Positions 61,259-64,000 of a DNA stretch of 64,000 bases are shown piece after piece. Position numbers and translations under genes: made by a program. Below the pieces are notes generated by a model, which ran no database searches, was not told where the DNA came from, and saw only the letters and a program-made list of their open reading frames with translations. The stretch covers positions 1,792,001 to 1,856,000 of the forward strand of contig JAXHMG010000003.1 of assembly GCA_034521595.1 (NCBI GenBank). Reading direction: 5' to 3'. Source of the stretch: Gemmatimonadota bacterium (GTDB lineage: Bacteria; Gemmatimonadota; Gemmatimonadetes; Longimicrobiales; Gaopeijiaceae). Position 1 is the first letter of the stretch. The number at the start of each line of letters is the position of its first letter.

Positions 61259-63334
61259 TCATTCGCTCGCTCCCCCGGGGCCGTCAAGGTTCGTGCGTTC
61301 CCCCGACATATCCCGGACCTCGTCCGGTTGGGGCCCCTTCTCGGTCACCGCCACCGGAGGCATCGGGACGTCGAGGGCCTCGGCGACGGCCCGCAACAGC
61401 TCGAGCTCCTCGACGGTCACCTCACGGTCCGAACGAACCGTGTGCTCGAGCGCGTCCAGAAGCGTTCGCCTGTCCGTGGGCGGAAGTGTCTCGAGCCGGC
61501 CGAGCGCCGCATCCACGTAGTCCAGATCCAGTCCCGTGGCGGGCTGGAGTGACATCGAGGCCGTCGTGCGGGGGTCGAAACGAGCCGCTCCCGCACGGAA
61601 GGCTACGTCCGCCCGCTCGTGCTCATCCGCACCCGCCCAGGCCACCGCGGAAAGCAAGGCGGCAGCGTCGTCGCGACGCCTGGAAAGGCCGGGGCCCACC
61701 CGGGCCGTCCGGGACGGATTTCCGCCCGGCAGTGCCCGACGGAGAAGGTGGAACACCGCGAAGTCGAAGGCATGCACCTTCCCGTCGGCGCGGGTCAACG
61801 GGCCGACGACGTCCCGCACCGCGTCGCCTCGCGTCGTGTCGAGAGACCTGAGCGAGGGGAGACAGAGCTCGAGCAGGGGCAACCGGGCTTCTCCCCCCGC
61901 CGACCGGAGCCCCATGGCCAGCGCACGTGCCCGCTCGAGCGTCTCCTCGCCCAGCACGTCCTCGACCGTGGCTTCCTGGCGCGCGCGGACATCATCCTGG
62001 TCGGAGAGGAGCAGCGCGACCACAACCGCCACGGCGCCCTCCGCGGTTCGCGTCGCGGTGCGCACGTCCTCCGGAATCTTCTCGAGGATGGATCGAGCTT
62101 GCGACAGATGGCCCGCGTCGAGTGTGCCCGCGGCCGCCACCGCGGCGGCGAGGCCAGTACCACGCTCCGGAAGTCCGGGTACGGGAAACGGCAACGGAAA
62201 CGTGCCCTCCCCGGACCCGGCACCCGCCCCACCACCACCGGACGCCCCTTCACGCCCGCGATGCTTCGTCCCCTGTTCGACCTCGCCCCCCACCGACGCC
62301 GGCTTCGGCTCCAGATACGTCCCGTCCCAACCCGGATCCACACGCTCGATCCGCTCCTCGAGGGGGGGATGCGTCGCGAACGAGCGCGAGAACGCACCCT
62401 TGATCCCGTCCGAAAAGAACAGATGGCCGGCTTCCTGTGCGTGATGGTCCTCCAGCTTGGACCCGGCCGCCCCCCCTCCGATCTTGCGAAGCGCTCCGGA
62501 GATCCCGTCCGGATTGCGCGTGAACTGAACCGCGGCGGCATCCGCGAGAAACTCCCGCTGCCGCGACACGGCCGCCTGGATGAGCCGTCCGAAGAGCACG
62601 CCGAGATAGCCGAGGATGATCAAGGCGATACCGAGGAGCATGATCTGGCCCCCCCCGCCTCCCTTGCCGCCCCGCCTTCTCGCGCCACCCACGTACGAGC
62701 CGTGGAGGACGCCCCGCCCGATGACGGTGAGGAGCAGAATGCCGAAGAGCACGCCCATCAGACGGAGGTTGAGCTGCATATCTCCGTTCAGGACATGGCT
62801 GAACTCGTGCGCCATCACGCCCTGGAGCTCGTCACGCGTGAAGGTCTCGAGTCCGCCGCGGGTGATGGCGACCGCCGCATCGTGGATGGTGTGCCCGGCC
62901 GCGAACGCGTTGATCCCCGACTCACCGTCGAGGACGTAGACCGCGGGCACGGGGATCCCGGACGCGATGGACATCTCCTCGACGACGTTCAGAAGCCTTC
63001 GCTCGAGAGGGTCGGTCGAGCCCGGATCGACGCGACGCCCGCCCAGCAGCTCGGCCACCGCCGAGCCGCCCTTCCGTAGCTGCGCGGTCCGAAACGCCGA
63101 CCCCGCGCCGATGACCAGCAGCATGCCCACGGCAACCATTCCGAACAGCCCCGGCTGGAACAGCTCCGGCTCGGCCACGGCTCCATCCGGTCCGGCCTGC
63201 GCGCCGCCCACACCCAGAGCGACCACCGCGACGAGATACACCCCGACGATCATGAGCGTGACCGCGAGCGCGAAGAGCAGGACCAGTCGACGGGAGAGGC
63301 TTCTCGCCTTCCCCTGCGCCTCGAAAAAATCCAT
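61259..63334 (-). CDS. M48 (HtpX-like) metallopeptidase, long form
   Basis: INAFAAG, AHEFSH, SRQREFLADA, THPP; TerB-like C-terminus. Confidence 0.9.
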   Translation of the reverse strand: MDFFEAQGKARSLSRRLVLLFALAVTLMIVGVYLVAVVALGVGGAQAGPDGAVAEPELFQPGLFGMVAVGMLLVIGAGSAFRTAQLRKGGSAVAELLGGRRVDPGSTDPLERRLLNVVEEMSIASGIPVPAVYVLDGESGINAFAAGHTIHDAAVAITRGGLETFTRDELQGVMAHEFSHVLNGDMQLNLRLMGVLFGILLLTVIGRGVLHGSYVGGARRRGGKGGGGGQIMLLGIALIILGYLGVLFGRLIQAAVSRQREFLADAAAVQFTRNPDGISGALRKIGGGAAGSKLEDHHAQEAGHLFFSDGIKGAFSRSFATHPPLEERIERVDPGWDGTYLEPKPASVGGEVEQGTKHRGREGASGGGGAGAGSGEGTFPLPFPVPGLPERGTGLAAAVAAAGTLDAGHLSQARSILEKIPEDVRTATRTAEGAVAVVVALLLSDQDDVRARQEATVEDVLGEETLERARALAMGLRSAGGEARLPLLELCLPSLRSLDTTRGDAVRDVVGPLTRADGKVHAFDFAVFHLLRRALPGGNPSRTARVGPGLSRRRDDAAALLSAVAWAGADEHERADVAFRAGAARFDPRTTASMSLQPATGLDLDYVDAALGRLETLPPTDRRTLLDALEHTVRSDREVTVEELELLRAVAEALDVPMPPVAVTEKGPQPDEVRDMSGERTNLDGPGGASE

Positions 63335-63358
63335 CGGTTCGGCCGGGTCCGGTTCGGG

Positions 63359-63946
63359 TTAGCTGAAGGACACGCTGGGCGCTTCCCGTTCTTCGTCCTG
63401 GTCGATCTCGAAGAACTCGGCCGGCTCGAAGCGGAACGCGTTGGCCACGACGTTCGTCGGGACTCTCTGACGCGCCGTGTTGTACGTCATGACCGCGTCG
63501 TTGAAGGCCTGCCGTGAGAACGCGATCCGGTTCTCGGTCGACGCCAGCTCTTCCTGGAGCTGCATCATGTTCTGGTTGGCCTTGAGGTCCGGGTAAGCCT
63601 CGGACAGGGCGAAGAGCCGTGAGAGCGTGCCGCCGAGGTTCTGTTCCGCACCCGAGAGGTTTTGCATCGCCTCCGGGTCGCCCGGGTTGCTCGCCGCGGT
63701 GCTCTCCGCCTGCTGCGCCTGGTTGCGGGCGTGGATCACGGCTTCGAGCGTTTCCTTCTCGTGGCTCATGTAGCCCTTCGCGGTATCGACCAGGTTGGGA
63801 ATCAGGTCGTACCGGCGCTTGAGCTGCACGTCGATCTGCGCGAACGCGTTGCGGAAGCGCTCCCGGAGCGTGACCAAGCGGTTGTACTGCATCACGCCGT
63901 ACCCGACGATCAGAACGATGACGATGAGGGGAATGTACGTTCCCAC
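63359..63946 (-). CDS. lemA: LemA family protein
   Basis: IDVQLKRRYDLIPNLV, EAYPDLKA, TENRIAFSRQ. Confidence 0.95.
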   Translation of the reverse strand: MGTYIPLIVIVLIVGYGVMQYNRLVTLRERFRNAFAQIDVQLKRRYDLIPNLVDTAKGYMSHEKETLEAVIHARNQAQQAESTAASNPGDPEAMQNLSGAEQNLGGTLSRLFALSEAYPDLKANQNMMQLQEELASTENRIAFSRQAFNDAVMTYNTARQRVPTNVVANAFRFEPAEFFEIDQDEEREAPSVSFS

Positions 63947-64000
63947 GAGGTCCTCCCTACCAGGGGTGTGCAGTGGCTGGGCGAGCAGACCGAAGGTAGC

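Overview
High-GC bacterial DNA. Gene content and order (TonB/ExbBD, DUF5916 OMP, DivIVA, CdaA, type-2 IleRS, DUF4388-TPR) suggest Gemmatimonadota/Longimicrobiales; this is an inference. 1-17.5 kb is accessory: NfeD-slipin pair, OMP, ProVWX, PAS/Cache histidine kinases, trypsin-like lipoprotein and folB-folKP, with several single-base frameshifts. 17.6-24 kb is a decayed region holding hicBA relics, a degenerate tRNA-like cloverleaf, a PD40 fragment, a scrambled FitA/VapC pair and an AlkZ/methyltransferase chimera. 24.6-39.5 kb carries a GspE/PilB-like protein with degenerate ATPase motifs fused to a receiver domain, a DUF5916 OMP, a self-contained sigma-54 module and a selenocysteine NAD-linked formate dehydrogenase. 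The sigma-54 module has a pseudo-receiver activator, a TPR protein, two related acidic lipoproteins, two -24/-12 promoters and two matching 17-bp enhancer palindromes; it is the best candidate for an undescribed system. 39.5-64 kb is mostly minus-strand core genes: lemA, M48, tilS, an hpt relic, ftsH, cdaA, exbBDD-tonB, yggS, divIVA, ileS, rluA, tandem DnaA-like AAA+, DUF4388-TPR, peptidase MA and an NtrC-type regulator. All family calls come from motif recognition by eye; no database searches were run.
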